This document shows, piece by piece, positions 30,879-39,759 of a DNA stretch of 64,000 nt (its first letter is position 1; each line of letters begins with the position of its first letter). Both the position numbers and the translations under genes were made by a program. Source of the stretch: Chloroflexota bacterium (lineage in GTDB: Bacteria; Chloroflexota; UBA11872; VXOZ01); contig OZ244922.1 in NCBI GenBank assembly GCA_965221905.1, positions 1,664,001-1,728,000 on the forward strand, written 5' to 3'. The notes beneath the pieces are model-generated. The model did not search any database. It saw only the letters and a program-made list of their open reading frames with translations, and was not told the origin of the DNA.

Positions 30879-30962
30879 TGACTGCGTAGCGACACAACGA
30901 TTCACTATTCTGCGAATGGCACAGCGAGGGACCACCGAGGAAGAAACTTTAACAGAAATTGA

Positions 30963-31205
30963 TTAGTGCTTCTTGTCCTTTGGTGGGTTTGGATCATTGC
31001 CAGGCGGGACTGTATCAGAATCACGCCACTGCCCATCCCTTCCCTGAATGGGTACCTCTCCACCACCAAGGTTTTCAACAATCTCCTTAGCTCGCGTCTC
31101 AGCTTCACGCTGTGTACTGTGAACACTGCTGGCACGCTCCGCGTTTGGTTTCTTAACGGCCCAGCCATCGGGATGGTTGACCACAAACCGTCTGTTCTTA
31201 CTCAT
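30963..31205 (-). CDS. DUF2188-like small protein
   Basis: GWAVKKPNAERASSVHSTQREA...IQGRDGQWRDSDT; start at MSKNRR with GGAGG RBS. Confidence 0.8.
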   Translation of the reverse strand: MSKNRRFVVNHPDGWAVKKPNAERASSVHSTQREAETRAKEIVENLGGGEVPIQGRDGQWRDSDTVPPGNDPNPPKDKKH

Positions 31206-31570
31206 GGAACCCTCCATATAATGCGTTTGCTTCTTATAAAGAGTACCACATATAGTGATTATTTGCAAGAGCGTGTGAGGGAAAACTTGCTGCCTTACCG
31301 GGCAGCGTGCAAGATTACGGCTGTTCGTTATTCCACAGATATGGGCCTCCCGCAAAGACTAACGGTGCGCCTAAAGAGGATATGTCGCACGATGCTTGCC
31401 GGCCTTCGCTCTTGAATGCGTACCCAAAGGTTTCACTCCACTTGCTAAGGGACTCTTGGCCGAGGAAGGCCGTATACTGTGATGGAGGTAACGAAGTGAT
31501 TCGGCGAATTGCTGAAGGGTGCCCACTACCAATTGCTTAGAGGCACGAGGTCTTCAATTAGGGAGAAGGC

Positions 31571-33532
31571 ATGAGACTTAGTAAGGTGCAAGTTACGAGT
31601 TTCCAGAGTGTGCAAGACTCTACTGAGTTTGAGATTGATGATATTACTTGCTTGGTGGGTAAGAATGAGGCTGGTAAGACGGCATTGTTGAAGGCACTGT
31701 ATCGACTTCATCCAGTTAACAGGGCAGATCATAGCTTTGACGCAACAACTGAATACCCACGACAATTGGTAGCCGAGTACGAAGACGACGTTGCTGCTGA
31801 ACGCCGAGAACCAGCGAAAGTCATTCAAGCCACGTTTGCGTTCGAATCTGAAGATGTCGCCGCTGTTGAAGCTGTGTTTGGTTCGGACTGTCTTGAAAAC
31901 GCAAACCCAACCCTAACTCTTTGGAAAAGATACCCTGCCTCAATGTATTTCAGAATCTCTAGTGTGAATTCTGAGGCAGCTTTGAAGTATCTTGTTGAGA
32001 CTGCTGGTCTGCCTGCACCGGTTTCTACCGAACTGCTTGAGCTAGATACGGCCGAAGCGATGGTGGATGCTCTTGCAGAAGCCGAGCAGACAGAGGCTTC
32101 GCAGGAGCTTGAGCCAATACTTGAGAGTATCGCCGAGAAAAACGTCCATTTTGTCATTTACGATCGCATTCTCAGTGATCGTATCCCTAAATTCCTCTAC
32201 TTTGACGAGTACTACCAGATGAAAGGACAGGACAATCTTGATGCCCTCCGACTGCGAGTTTCAAGTGGGACCCTTGAGGATTCGGACCACCCGTTACTGG
32301 GGCTAATCCAGCTTGCAGGTCTCAATCTTGACACGCTTGCGCGCCCTGGGCAGACAGAAGCTCTGATTTCACGGCTTGAGGCTGCTGGGAATCATCTTAC
32401 ACAGAAAGTTCTCCCCTATTGGTCGCAGAACCAACACCTAAGGATGAAATTTGACATTCGCCCAGCGCAACCCGAAGATCCGCCGGGTATGAACAGTGGA
32501 TCAAACATCTTGGGACGCGTAGAAAACACAAAGTACTTCGTCACAACGCCCCTAGGAACCCGATCTCGGGGATTTGTTTGGTTCTTCTCTTTTCTTGCTT
32601 GGTATCAAAAGCTTCGCCAAGAGAACGAAAACCTCATCTTACTGCTGGACGAACCGGGGCTTTCACTTCACGCAAAGGCTCAGGCAGACCTGCTTCGTTA
32701 CTTTGAAGAGGAACTCAAGCCTCATCACCAACTCATCTATACTACCCATTCACCTTTCATGGTTGATCCCACGCATTTCGAGCGCGTACGAATCGTCCAG
32801 GACCTGAGCATCGAGCCAGATTCGGAAGATCTACCTGCCGAGCAACAGGGCACGAAAGTCATTACTGAGGTTCTCGATGCAACACCAGACAGTCTGTTTC
32901 CGCTCCAGGGTGCACTTGGCTACGAGATTTCTCAGACTCTATTCCTTGGCCCCAACTGTCTCATCGTAGAGGGCGTGTCAGACCTAATGTACATTCAAGT
33001 CATGTCGGCCCTCCTCCAAGCCAACGGAAAGACAGGTTTAAGCGCTGACTGGACCATAACGCCAGTAGGAGGATCTGATAAGGTTCAGACTTTCGTTGCC
33101 TTGATTGGCGCCCAGAGCAATTTGAGATTGGCAGTTCTGATTGACTACCAAAAAAAGGACAAGCAGAGCATTGAAAACCTCTACAAGGAGAAATTGCTTG
33201 AGCAGAAAGCGGTTCTCACTTATGCGAACTTTGCTCCAGGAACAGAAGCCGACATAGAAGACATGTTTAACCCTGGATTCTACCTGAAACTCGTGAACGG
33301 AGAATTTGGGACATCCTTGACTGTGAACGATCTGCCGGCAGGATCGCCTCGTATCCTTAGCCGACTTGAGAAGTATTTTGAGAATAACCCACTACCAAAG
33401 CACGCGCCTTTCAATCACTACCGACCGGCTCGTTACTTCAGCGAAAACATTGGGTCTCTGGGAATTAAGCTGACCGATTCTCAGCTTGACCGCTTCCAAC
33501 AAGCCTTCGACGCTTTGAACAGCCTGCTTTAG
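31571..33532 (+). CDS. OLD-family-like ABC ATPase-TOPRIM fusion nuclease
   Basis: Walker A GKNEAGKT, signature RSRG, LLLDEP, TTHSP; TOPRIM IVEGVSD, LIDYQ, DIEDMF. Confidence 0.85.
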   Translation: MRLSKVQVTSFQSVQDSTEFEIDDITCLVGKNEAGKTALLKALYRLHPVNRADHSFDATTEYPRQLVAEYEDDVAAERREPAKVIQATFAFESEDVAAVEAVFGSDCLENANPTLTLWKRYPASMYFRISSVNSEAALKYLVETAGLPAPVSTELLELDTAEAMVDALAEAEQTEASQELEPILESIAEKNVHFVIYDRILSDRIPKFLYFDEYYQMKGQDNLDALRLRVSSGTLEDSDHPLLGLIQLAGLNLDTLARPGQTEALISRLEAAGNHLTQKVLPYWSQNQHLRMKFDIRPAQPEDPPGMNSGSNILGRVENTKYFVTTPLGTRSRGFVWFFSFLAWYQKLRQENENLILLLDEPGLSLHAKAQADLLRYFEEELKPHHQLIYTTHSPFMVDPTHFERVRIVQDLSIEPDSEDLPAEQQGTKVITEVLDATPDSLFPLQGALGYEISQTLFLGPNCLIVEGVSDLMYIQVMSALLQANGKTGLSADWTITPVGGSDKVQTFVALIGAQSNLRLAVLIDYQKKDKQSIENLYKEKLLEQKAVLTYANFAPGTEADIEDMFNPGFYLKLVNGEFGTSLTVNDLPAGSPRILSRLEKYFENNPLPKHAPFNHYRPARYFSENIGSLGIKLTDSQLDRFQQAFDALNSLL

Positions 33533-33628
33533 GTGGTTGAGCGTTATGTACCGCGTACTGATCAAAAGTATGATCGCCCCTGAAATCAGGTCGCGACTTT
33601 CCTTCACTGAAAATAGTCGACAATCGCC

Positions 33629-34738
33629 ATGTCTGAAGATGATCTGCATCTCCCCAATCTAACCATAAGAAGGTTTCGCGGTATCCAAGACCTCTCGATT
33701 GAGCGCTTGGGCCGCGTGACTCTCATTGCTGGCAAGAACGGCGTCGGCAAGACGACGGTGCTCGACGCAGTGCGCGTCTACGCATCTTGCAATCGGCACT
33801 TTGTACTCGCTGACATATTGAGCAATCGAGAGGAACTAAAGGGTTCACGAGGTGAAGATAGTGGTGACTTGGCTTCGCCTGACTGGGATGCGTTATTTTA
33901 CGGTCGACAGACCTCACCGAATAGTCCGATTGTGATTGGTCCGACAGGGATTTCTGCAGGGCTCAGAATCAGGATTACTCCGCTCAATAGAGAGGATGAG
34001 AACCGCTGGGGGAGAGGCCTATTTGATTCCGTATCGGCCGATGATGCAAGAGTGCTTCGAGTGGCACTCGACGGAAGAGAACATGCCATTCCGCTCTCTA
34101 TACCAACAAGGCATTGGGGTCACACAACAATTCTTGGAGAGTCTGATTTACCAGCTGGTAGTCAGTGCGAGTTCCTAGGGCCGAACGTGCTGGACAACTA
34201 TGATATTGCGCGGTTTTGGGACAGGGTTGCGCTCACGGACGACGAAAATCGCGCGGTAGAGGCGCTGAGACTGGTATTTGGTGAAACGATAGAACGTGCT
34301 GCCGTGATTGGTGATGACCGAAGTTCAGGCTCTCGTTTTGGTCGGCGGGCGGTGGTGAGGATTGCAGGCCAGGAACGTCCGGTGCCTTTGCGGAGTCTGG
34401 GCGACGGCGCGGTGCGCTTGTTTGGTGTCGCATTGGCGCTTGCCAACAGTCAGGGCGGGTTTCTGCTGATCGACGAAGCGGAGAACGGCATTCACTACTC
34501 GCTGCAGCGCGACTTCTGGCGCATGGTGCTGCTGACGGCGCAGGAGAGCAACGTGCAGGTGTTTGCCACCACGCATAGCTGGGATTGCGTGGCGGGATTC
34601 GCGCAGGCTGCGGTTGAAGCTGAAGGCGTGGAAGGCGCGCTGGTGCGGCTGGATAGCGATGGCGAGGACATCCGCGCGGTGGAATACTCGGAGCGCCAAC
34701 TCCATGTGGCGGCCGAACAGGGCATCGAGGTGCGCTAG
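33629..34738 (+). CDS. AAA_15/AAA_21-type ABC ATPase
   Basis: FRGI, GKNGVGKT, LGDG, LLIDEAENGIH, TTHS. Confidence 0.88.
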   Translation: MSEDDLHLPNLTIRRFRGIQDLSIERLGRVTLIAGKNGVGKTTVLDAVRVYASCNRHFVLADILSNREELKGSRGEDSGDLASPDWDALFYGRQTSPNSPIVIGPTGISAGLRIRITPLNREDENRWGRGLFDSVSADDARVLRVALDGREHAIPLSIPTRHWGHTTILGESDLPAGSQCEFLGPNVLDNYDIARFWDRVALTDDENRAVEALRLVFGETIERAAVIGDDRSSGSRFGRRAVVRIAGQERPVPLRSLGDGAVRLFGVALALANSQGGFLLIDEAENGIHYSLQRDFWRMVLLTAQESNVQVFATTHSWDCVAGFAQAAVEAEGVEGALVRLDSDGEDIRAVEYSERQLHVAAEQGIEVR

Positions 34739-34741
34739 CCC

Positions 34742-35374
34742 ATGGCGCAACCCCTTGGCCCGACGCCGAGCCGCGTGCTGCTGGTGGAAGGCGTGGATGA
34801 CAAGCACGTGGCGCGGCACGTCTGGCAGCGCATTGAAGGTCAACCTGACTTCTGCATCAAAGAGAAGCGCGGCGTCGTTCAGTTGCTCGATTCCATTGAC
34901 ACTGAAATTCAGACATCCGGCCTACAGGCGATGGGCATACTGGTGGACGCGAACGAGGACGTGGCCGCGCGTTGGAACGCGGTGAAGGATCGGCTTGCGC
35001 CAGCGAAAGTCGATTTGCCCGACAGCCCCGTTCCATCCGGCACGATCATCGATGGACGTCCCCACGATGGCATTCCCCGGGTCGGCGTGTGGCTGATGCC
35101 GGACAACACCGAGCCGGGCGAACTTGAAAACTTCGTTGCACTGATGATCCCCGTCTGCGATCCGGTCTGGCCCTTGTCGCAATCCTACATTGACGGTATA
35201 CCGGAGGCAGCGAGGAAGTTTCGCGAGAAGAAGGTGAGAGCGCAGGTTCACGCCTGGCTGGCGGCGCGAGAGGACCCGCGGCAGATGGGCGCCGCGATTG
35301 GCGCGCGCGACTTGGACGTTAACAGCGCGCTCAGCCAAGCATTCGTCGCTTGGCTGACAAGGCTATTCAGCTAG
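34742..35374 (+). CDS. DUF3226-like TOPRIM-fold partner protein
   Basis: LLVEGVDD, GILVDAN, VGVWLMPDN..PGELENF, HAWLA; starts 3 bp after the ATPase stop. Confidence 0.8.
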   Translation: MAQPLGPTPSRVLLVEGVDDKHVARHVWQRIEGQPDFCIKEKRGVVQLLDSIDTEIQTSGLQAMGILVDANEDVAARWNAVKDRLAPAKVDLPDSPVPSGTIIDGRPHDGIPRVGVWLMPDNTEPGELENFVALMIPVCDPVWPLSQSYIDGIPEAARKFREKKVRAQVHAWLAAREDPRQMGAAIGARDLDVNSALSQAFVAWLTRLFS

Positions 35375-35461
35375 CGGGTGGATGCGAACCTACTGAGCCT
35401 TTCCCTGCGCAGATGTTTGCGTAGCTCTGCCAAACCCTAGGGTAGCCGGAGTGAAGTCTTT

Positions 35462-35495
35462 CCCCTCACCCTAACCCTCTCCCCAAGGAGAGTGA
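35462..35495. repeat. REP-like element, family A
   Basis: CCCCTCACCCTAACCCTCTCCCCAAGGAGAG. Confidence 0.65.
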
Positions 35496-35520
35496 ATATA
35501 CTAGCGCGATTATCGTGCTT

Positions 35521-35548
35521 ATGACCATGGTCATGACTATGGTATAAT
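35521..35548 (+). promoter_or_regulatory. Toxin-antitoxin operator palindrome and extended -10 promoter
   Basis: Perfect palindrome ATGACCATGGTCAT (35521-35534) followed by TGGTATAAT (35540-35548), upstream of the antitoxin. Confidence 0.65.
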
Positions 35549-35581
35549 TGACGCAAATCCTCCAAACTAGGATGGCGGGGC

Positions 35582-35866
35582 ATGGAAAATGACAACGATC
35601 TTACGACCGGTGGGGTGCGGGTGATTAAGGCGTCGGAGTTCAAGGCGAAGTGTTTGCAGCTTATGGACGAGGTGGCGGCGAGTGGTGAGGAGATCGTGAT
35701 CACCAAGCATGGTCGGCCGGTCTCGCGCTTGGGGCCTTACCAGCGGAGGCCGAAGAGCCTCTTTGGCATCGACAAAGGGAGAATTGACATCCTGAGCGAC
35801 ATTGTCGCGCCATTGGACGAGGAGTGGGAGGCTGAGAGCGATCCGGACCGGGTGCTGGATCCGTGA
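35582..35866 (+). CDS. Phd/YefM family antitoxin
   Basis: IKASEFKAKCLQLMDEV...IVITKHGRPV; GTGA overlap with the toxin. Confidence 0.92.
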   Translation: MENDNDLTTGGVRVIKASEFKAKCLQLMDEVAASGEEIVITKHGRPVSRLGPYQRRPKSLFGIDKGRIDILSDIVAPLDEEWEAESDPDRVLDP

Positions 35867-36261
35867 TAATCCTCGATACGCATGTCATGCTGTGGCTCAG
35901 GACAGGTAGCGAGCGCTTAGGCACGCGTGCCCGACATGTGATCGACGAGGCCTGGCAGTCGGGTGGGGTCTGTGTCTCCGCGATCTCCTATTGGGAAGTA
36001 GCGCTGCTCGAAGAAAAGGGGCGAATCAGGTTCCCTGAAGACATCGGCCTGTGGCGGCAGGAACAACTGGCGCAAGGCATGATCGAAATCCCCGTAAGCG
36101 GCGCCATCGGCATCCGCGCGGCTCTTCTACCAGACTTGCACGGCGACCCGGCCGACCGCCTCATCGTGGCCACCGCGCTGGAAGGCCACCAACTCATCAC
36201 CGCCGACGAACGCATCCTCGCCTGGCCGGGCAATATTCGCCGCTTGCGCGCTACGGAGTGA
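35863..36261 (+). CDS. vapC: VapC/PIN-domain toxin
   Basis: ILDTH, SAISYWE, HGDPADRLIVATA, LITADE. Confidence 0.92.
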   Translation: MIILDTHVMLWLRTGSERLGTRARHVIDEAWQSGGVCVSAISYWEVALLEEKGRIRFPEDIGLWRQEQLAQGMIEIPVSGAIGIRAALLPDLHGDPADRLIVATALEGHQLITADERILAWPGNIRRLRATE

Positions 36262-36334
36262 GGGCGGACAGAAACACAATCGGGTGAACAGTCGCCGGGC
36301 GCGCGATTTGAGCAATCGAGACTTGAAGGCGGGG

Positions 36335-36361
36335 GCGCAGGTTGCAAACCTGCGCTACCGG
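36335..36361. repeat. REP-like hairpin, family C
   Basis: GCGCAGGTTGCAAACCTGCGCTACCGG. Confidence 0.65.
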
Positions 36362-36418
36362 ACATAGGTACGCAGGAACGTCACCCCCATAGCGCGCGTG
36401 CCGGACTTCAGATATGAC

Positions 36419-36449
36419 TTGACACACTGCGACAAGTGTGTCATATACT
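36419..36449 (+). promoter_or_regulatory. Promoter with overlapping inverted-repeat operator
   Basis: TTGACA (36419) and TATACT (36444), 19-bp spacer, containing TGACACACT-N6-AGTGTGTCA. Confidence 0.55.
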
Positions 36450-36537
36450 TGCATGACTGGGCCTGCGATTGGGGACAATCGCACGACAGAGTTAAGCAGT
36501 GGCGCTCTCTGATGCAAACCAAAGGAGGTTTGGCGGC

Positions 36538-36972
36538 ATGGCAATTGTCAATCGCGCTTTAGCGGTCTTTCTGGTCGCTGTGGGATTCTTGGTGTGGGCC
36601 AATCTGATAGCGACGCCGATCTACCACGACGGCTCGCCGGACTATCCGGTTTGGCAGATCCTCAACTACTTTATGGCGGTGGCTGCCGTCATCATTTTGG
36701 TCAAAGGGTTCTTGATGCGGCGCGCCCATGCGCACCAGGACGGCGCGTGTGCCGATACGCTTGAGCATCTGCGGGTAAGCATTGCCTTCTATGGGGCAAT
36801 CGTCCTGACGATGCTGTTCTTCTGGGAATGGATCTGGACCCTGAACCCTGCAAGCGAGACCGGCGACGCGGTCACCTCGCACTTGATCTACTTCCCGATA
36901 GTGGATGCGCTGTTGGTCGTGCTTGCGATCCTTGTCGGACGCCGCTTCTGGAAGGAAGGCAGCGGCTCCTAA
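36538..36972 (+). CDS. Four-TM membrane protein, hypothetical
   Basis: AGGAGG RBS before MAIVNR; four hydrophobic segments. Confidence 0.75.
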   Translation: MAIVNRALAVFLVAVGFLVWANLIATPIYHDGSPDYPVWQILNYFMAVAAVIILVKGFLMRRAHAHQDGACADTLEHLRVSIAFYGAIVLTMLFFWEWIWTLNPASETGDAVTSHLIYFPIVDALLVVLAILVGRRFWKEGSGS

Positions 36973-37090
36973 GTCTAGCGGTGCGGCTAGAAGCTCGTTC
37001 GTACGACGTCCAAAGTTAAACCGAAGAGGGTCGAGACCATCATGTTCGGTCTCGACCCTCTTGCTTGTTTGCCAAGTGAATGGCCCGGCG

Positions 37091-38479
37091 CTAGTAGAGG
37101 CTGTCCTTTGTGGTGGAGTAGCACCACTGGGAGGTCAGCAAGAAGTGCACCAGGGCATCCTGTGCCTCTTGCGTGCCGATGCGGCGCAGCGCGTGGACGG
37201 CCTTGCCCCGCACGTAGCGATCCTCGTCATTCAGGGCATGGGCCAGGGCGGGCGTGGCCTCTTCCGCTTGCTTGCCGATGCGCGACAGGGCGAGGGCTGC
37301 GCTGCGACGAGTAAACTCGTCTTCATTGGAAAGGGCATCGATTAGGGCCGGCACGCCGGCTGCGGAGTGCTGTCCGGAGATGCCGAGCGCATCTACGGCA
37401 TGGCGGCGCACCTCGATTGATTCGTCGTGCATTGCCGCCGCCAGGGTCGGTATGACCTCATCTCCCAGAAAGGCCAGATCGGCCAGGGTCTCTACTGCCA
37501 TGCTGCGCGTGCCCTCGTTCTCATCTTGGCTGGCATCCAGCAGGGCGGGCACGGCGCCGGCGCCGATAGTGCTCAGGGCGTAGCTGGCGTTGCGTCGCAC
37601 GGCTTCATTGTCGTGACGGAGCGTGTCAATCAACGCAGGCACGGCCGCATCACCGAGCGATCCCAGCCGATAAGCGGATTCCAGGCAGGTAGCTTCATCG
37701 TCAACCTTCAGGTTCTCAATCAACACCGGTATCGAGCCATTGCCATTGGCGGACGGGGAGCCGTTGTTGGCGCCGCCGGTATACCAGCGCCACATGTGAC
37801 TCCACAAACCGTTGAGGTTGCTGTCGTCCTCGGCAACCCACTCGCTGTCCTGATTGTCCCAACTTGGGGCCTGGGGCTCTTCGATGCGGGCTAACATGAA
37901 CTTCATCATGTAGCGCTTCTTGTCGGTAGAGTTGCCCATGCCGCGATGCCACAGGTCGTAGTGGACCATCAGCACGGTCCCGGCCTCCACGACCACAGGG
38001 ACCTCACCCTCGGTGGAGTCCAAGCGCATGTTAAGGCCGATCGGGCCCCGCAGCCAATTGAAGTAGTGCGAGCCCGGAAGCACGCCGGTCGGCCCCATCT
38101 CGACGGTCGTATCCTGGGGATAGTACATGGCCAGCAGCCAGCGGGTGCGGTGCCGTCGCTTGGTGAAGGAGTCTCGGTGAATCTGCTGTCCTTCGCTGTG
38201 GGGAGGCCGATAGTGGCAATGGCGGTGCGGGTGAATGAAGTAGCTGTTGCCCAGCACACCTGCCAGCGCGCCGTCTACGGCCGGATCGTCGAGTATTTGG
38301 CGTATGGCGGGGATTCTGGCTATCAGGTTGTTGCCGGGGTTGCCCTCCTCATCGAAGAGCTTTTCCGTCTGATTCCAAATGTCCTGGTGAAATTCGCGGG
38401 GATGCCCGGTCTTGACAGCGACATACCCATTGCGGATGAAGCTGCGCATTTGCTCATCGGTGAGCCTGGTGAGAGCCAT
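37091..38479 (-). CDS. Phytanoyl-CoA dioxygenase (PhyH) family / HEAT-repeat fusion
   Basis: HxD (IHRD), GPTGVLPGSH, WHRG; C-terminal repeats such as VPALIDAL...RRSAALAL. Confidence 0.88.
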   Translation of the reverse strand: MALTRLTDEQMRSFIRNGYVAVKTGHPREFHQDIWNQTEKLFDEEGNPGNNLIARIPAIRQILDDPAVDGALAGVLGNSYFIHPHRHCHYRPPHSEGQQIHRDSFTKRRHRTRWLLAMYYPQDTTVEMGPTGVLPGSHYFNWLRGPIGLNMRLDSTEGEVPVVVEAGTVLMVHYDLWHRGMGNSTDKKRYMMKFMLARIEEPQAPSWDNQDSEWVAEDDSNLNGLWSHMWRWYTGGANNGSPSANGNGSIPVLIENLKVDDEATCLESAYRLGSLGDAAVPALIDTLRHDNEAVRRNASYALSTIGAGAVPALLDASQDENEGTRSMAVETLADLAFLGDEVIPTLAAAMHDESIEVRRHAVDALGISGQHSAAGVPALIDALSNEDEFTRRSAALALSRIGKQAEEATPALAHALNDEDRYVRGKAVHALRRIGTQEAQDALVHFLLTSQWCYSTTKDSLY

Positions 38480-38686
38480 TGGTGACCTCCTGTGGCGTTG
38501 CTACACGCTGCTGGCGTGGCCCCGCATGTGGGGCGTTCTACATCTCACTTGTCAGCGTCGGAACACATGCGGATGCTGGACGAAGAGAAGGATTTATATG
38601 ACTCTATTACGGAAAGCAGCCGCTGTCAAAGTCCTAGGCCTTGCGCCGTGCGTGAACACTGAATTTCGAACAAATGAGGGATTTAC

Positions 38687-38755
38687 GTGATCAATCCTGG
38701 AATAAATGGAAAGGTCGCGCTGGTTACCGGCGGCGGGTACCGCATGCATCAATGA
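38687..38755 (+). pseudogene. N-terminal remnant of a short-chain dehydrogenase/reductase
   Basis: GAGGG RBS and GTG start, translating MINPGINGKVALVTGGG with a stop after 22 codons. Confidence 0.55.
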
Positions 38756-38894
38756 AGGGGCCGTAGCGGCAGTGGCCTATCGCACGAAGGATTTTGTCTC
38801 ATGCACCTTTGAACAAAACACGCGAACCGCACTATCATGGCTGTAGCGTTGGTAGTAAGTAACCCGTTGCCAAATCTACATAAGGAGAAAGAGC

Positions 38895-39218
38895 ATGTAC
38901 GTTATTGTTGCGCCGATACAGATCAAGGAAGGCTACAGGGATGCCTTTGTCGAAGCGATGTTGGGCGACGCGAAGGGATCGGTCAATGACGAACCCGGCT
39001 GCCTGCGGTTCGACGTGATCCAGGACGCCGGCGACCCGAACCGCATCTGGCTCTACGAGGTCTACGTGGACGAGGCCGCATTCCAAGAGCATTTGAAAGC
39101 GCCCCATTTCATCAAGTGGCGGGATACGGTCAAGGACTGGACGGAAGAGCGGCCCCCGGGAGCAGGAGCCGCGAGGGGTAGTTCCAACATCTGGCCAACG
39201 GACGACGAGTGGAAATAA
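38895..39218 (+). CDS. Antibiotic biosynthesis monooxygenase (LsrG/YgiN-like) family protein
   Basis: EPGCLRFDV, LYEVY, HLKAPHF. Confidence 0.9.
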   Translation: MYVIVAPIQIKEGYRDAFVEAMLGDAKGSVNDEPGCLRFDVIQDAGDPNRIWLYEVYVDEAAFQEHLKAPHFIKWRDTVKDWTEERPPGAGAARGSSNIWPTDDEWK

Positions 39219-39238
39219 AGGGTGCGTGAAAAGAGTAT

Positions 39239-39390
39239 CCGTTCATCCTTCGACCCTTCGGCAGGCTCAGGACAGGCAAGCTCAGGACGAACGGATACTG
39301 GCTTTTTCCGAAGGACTTTTCTTTTTTAAGGGATCATTTTTCCGTTCGTGGTGAGCACTTCGGCAGGCTCAGTATAGGCTTGTCGAACCA
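39239..39390. repeat. REP-like cluster, family B
   Basis: CCGTTC, CCTTCGAC, GCTCAGGACGAACGG, CCGTTCGTGGTGAGC, CTTGTCGAACC arms. Confidence 0.7.
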
Positions 39391-39520
39391 TGATCGGCGA
39401 TTGGCTGTGAACTTCTCACACACCTTCTAGGTCGTGTTGCGTGCAAATATCGCCAGTTGCCTCCTGGCTAGTTCTGTATCTGCTTGAATTTGCTAGACGC
39501 GGTCATCAGCTTCCCCTTTC

Positions 39521-39589
39521 CGTCATTCCTGCGTATGCAGGAATTCAAGGGTGCGGCGAAGATAGATTCCCGCGAAAACGGGAATGGCG
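39521..39589. repeat. REP-like doublet, family D (intergenic copy)
   Basis: CGTCATTCCTGCGTATGCAGGAATTC...GATTCCCGCGAAAACGGGAATGGCG. Confidence 0.7.
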
Positions 39590-39759
39590 GAGTCCAAATC
39601 TCCGATGCGCGTTCAGTGCTGGCTTCCTTTCGTCATGCCATGGTGAACTTCTGATCTCTCCATTGCGGTTTCTGCGCAAAAAGGAAGTTCTTAAGTGGCA
39701 ACGGCATAGATGCCAAACGGCATTTATGTCATAGGATTCGAGACGAGAGGTGAGGCATC

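Noticed and set aside
31571-33532. Gabija
   Set aside because: No UvrD-like GajB gene adjacent.
39676-39692. LexA box upstream of imuB (AAAA-GGAA-GTTC)
   Set aside because: Only one half-site matches GAAC-N4-GTTC.
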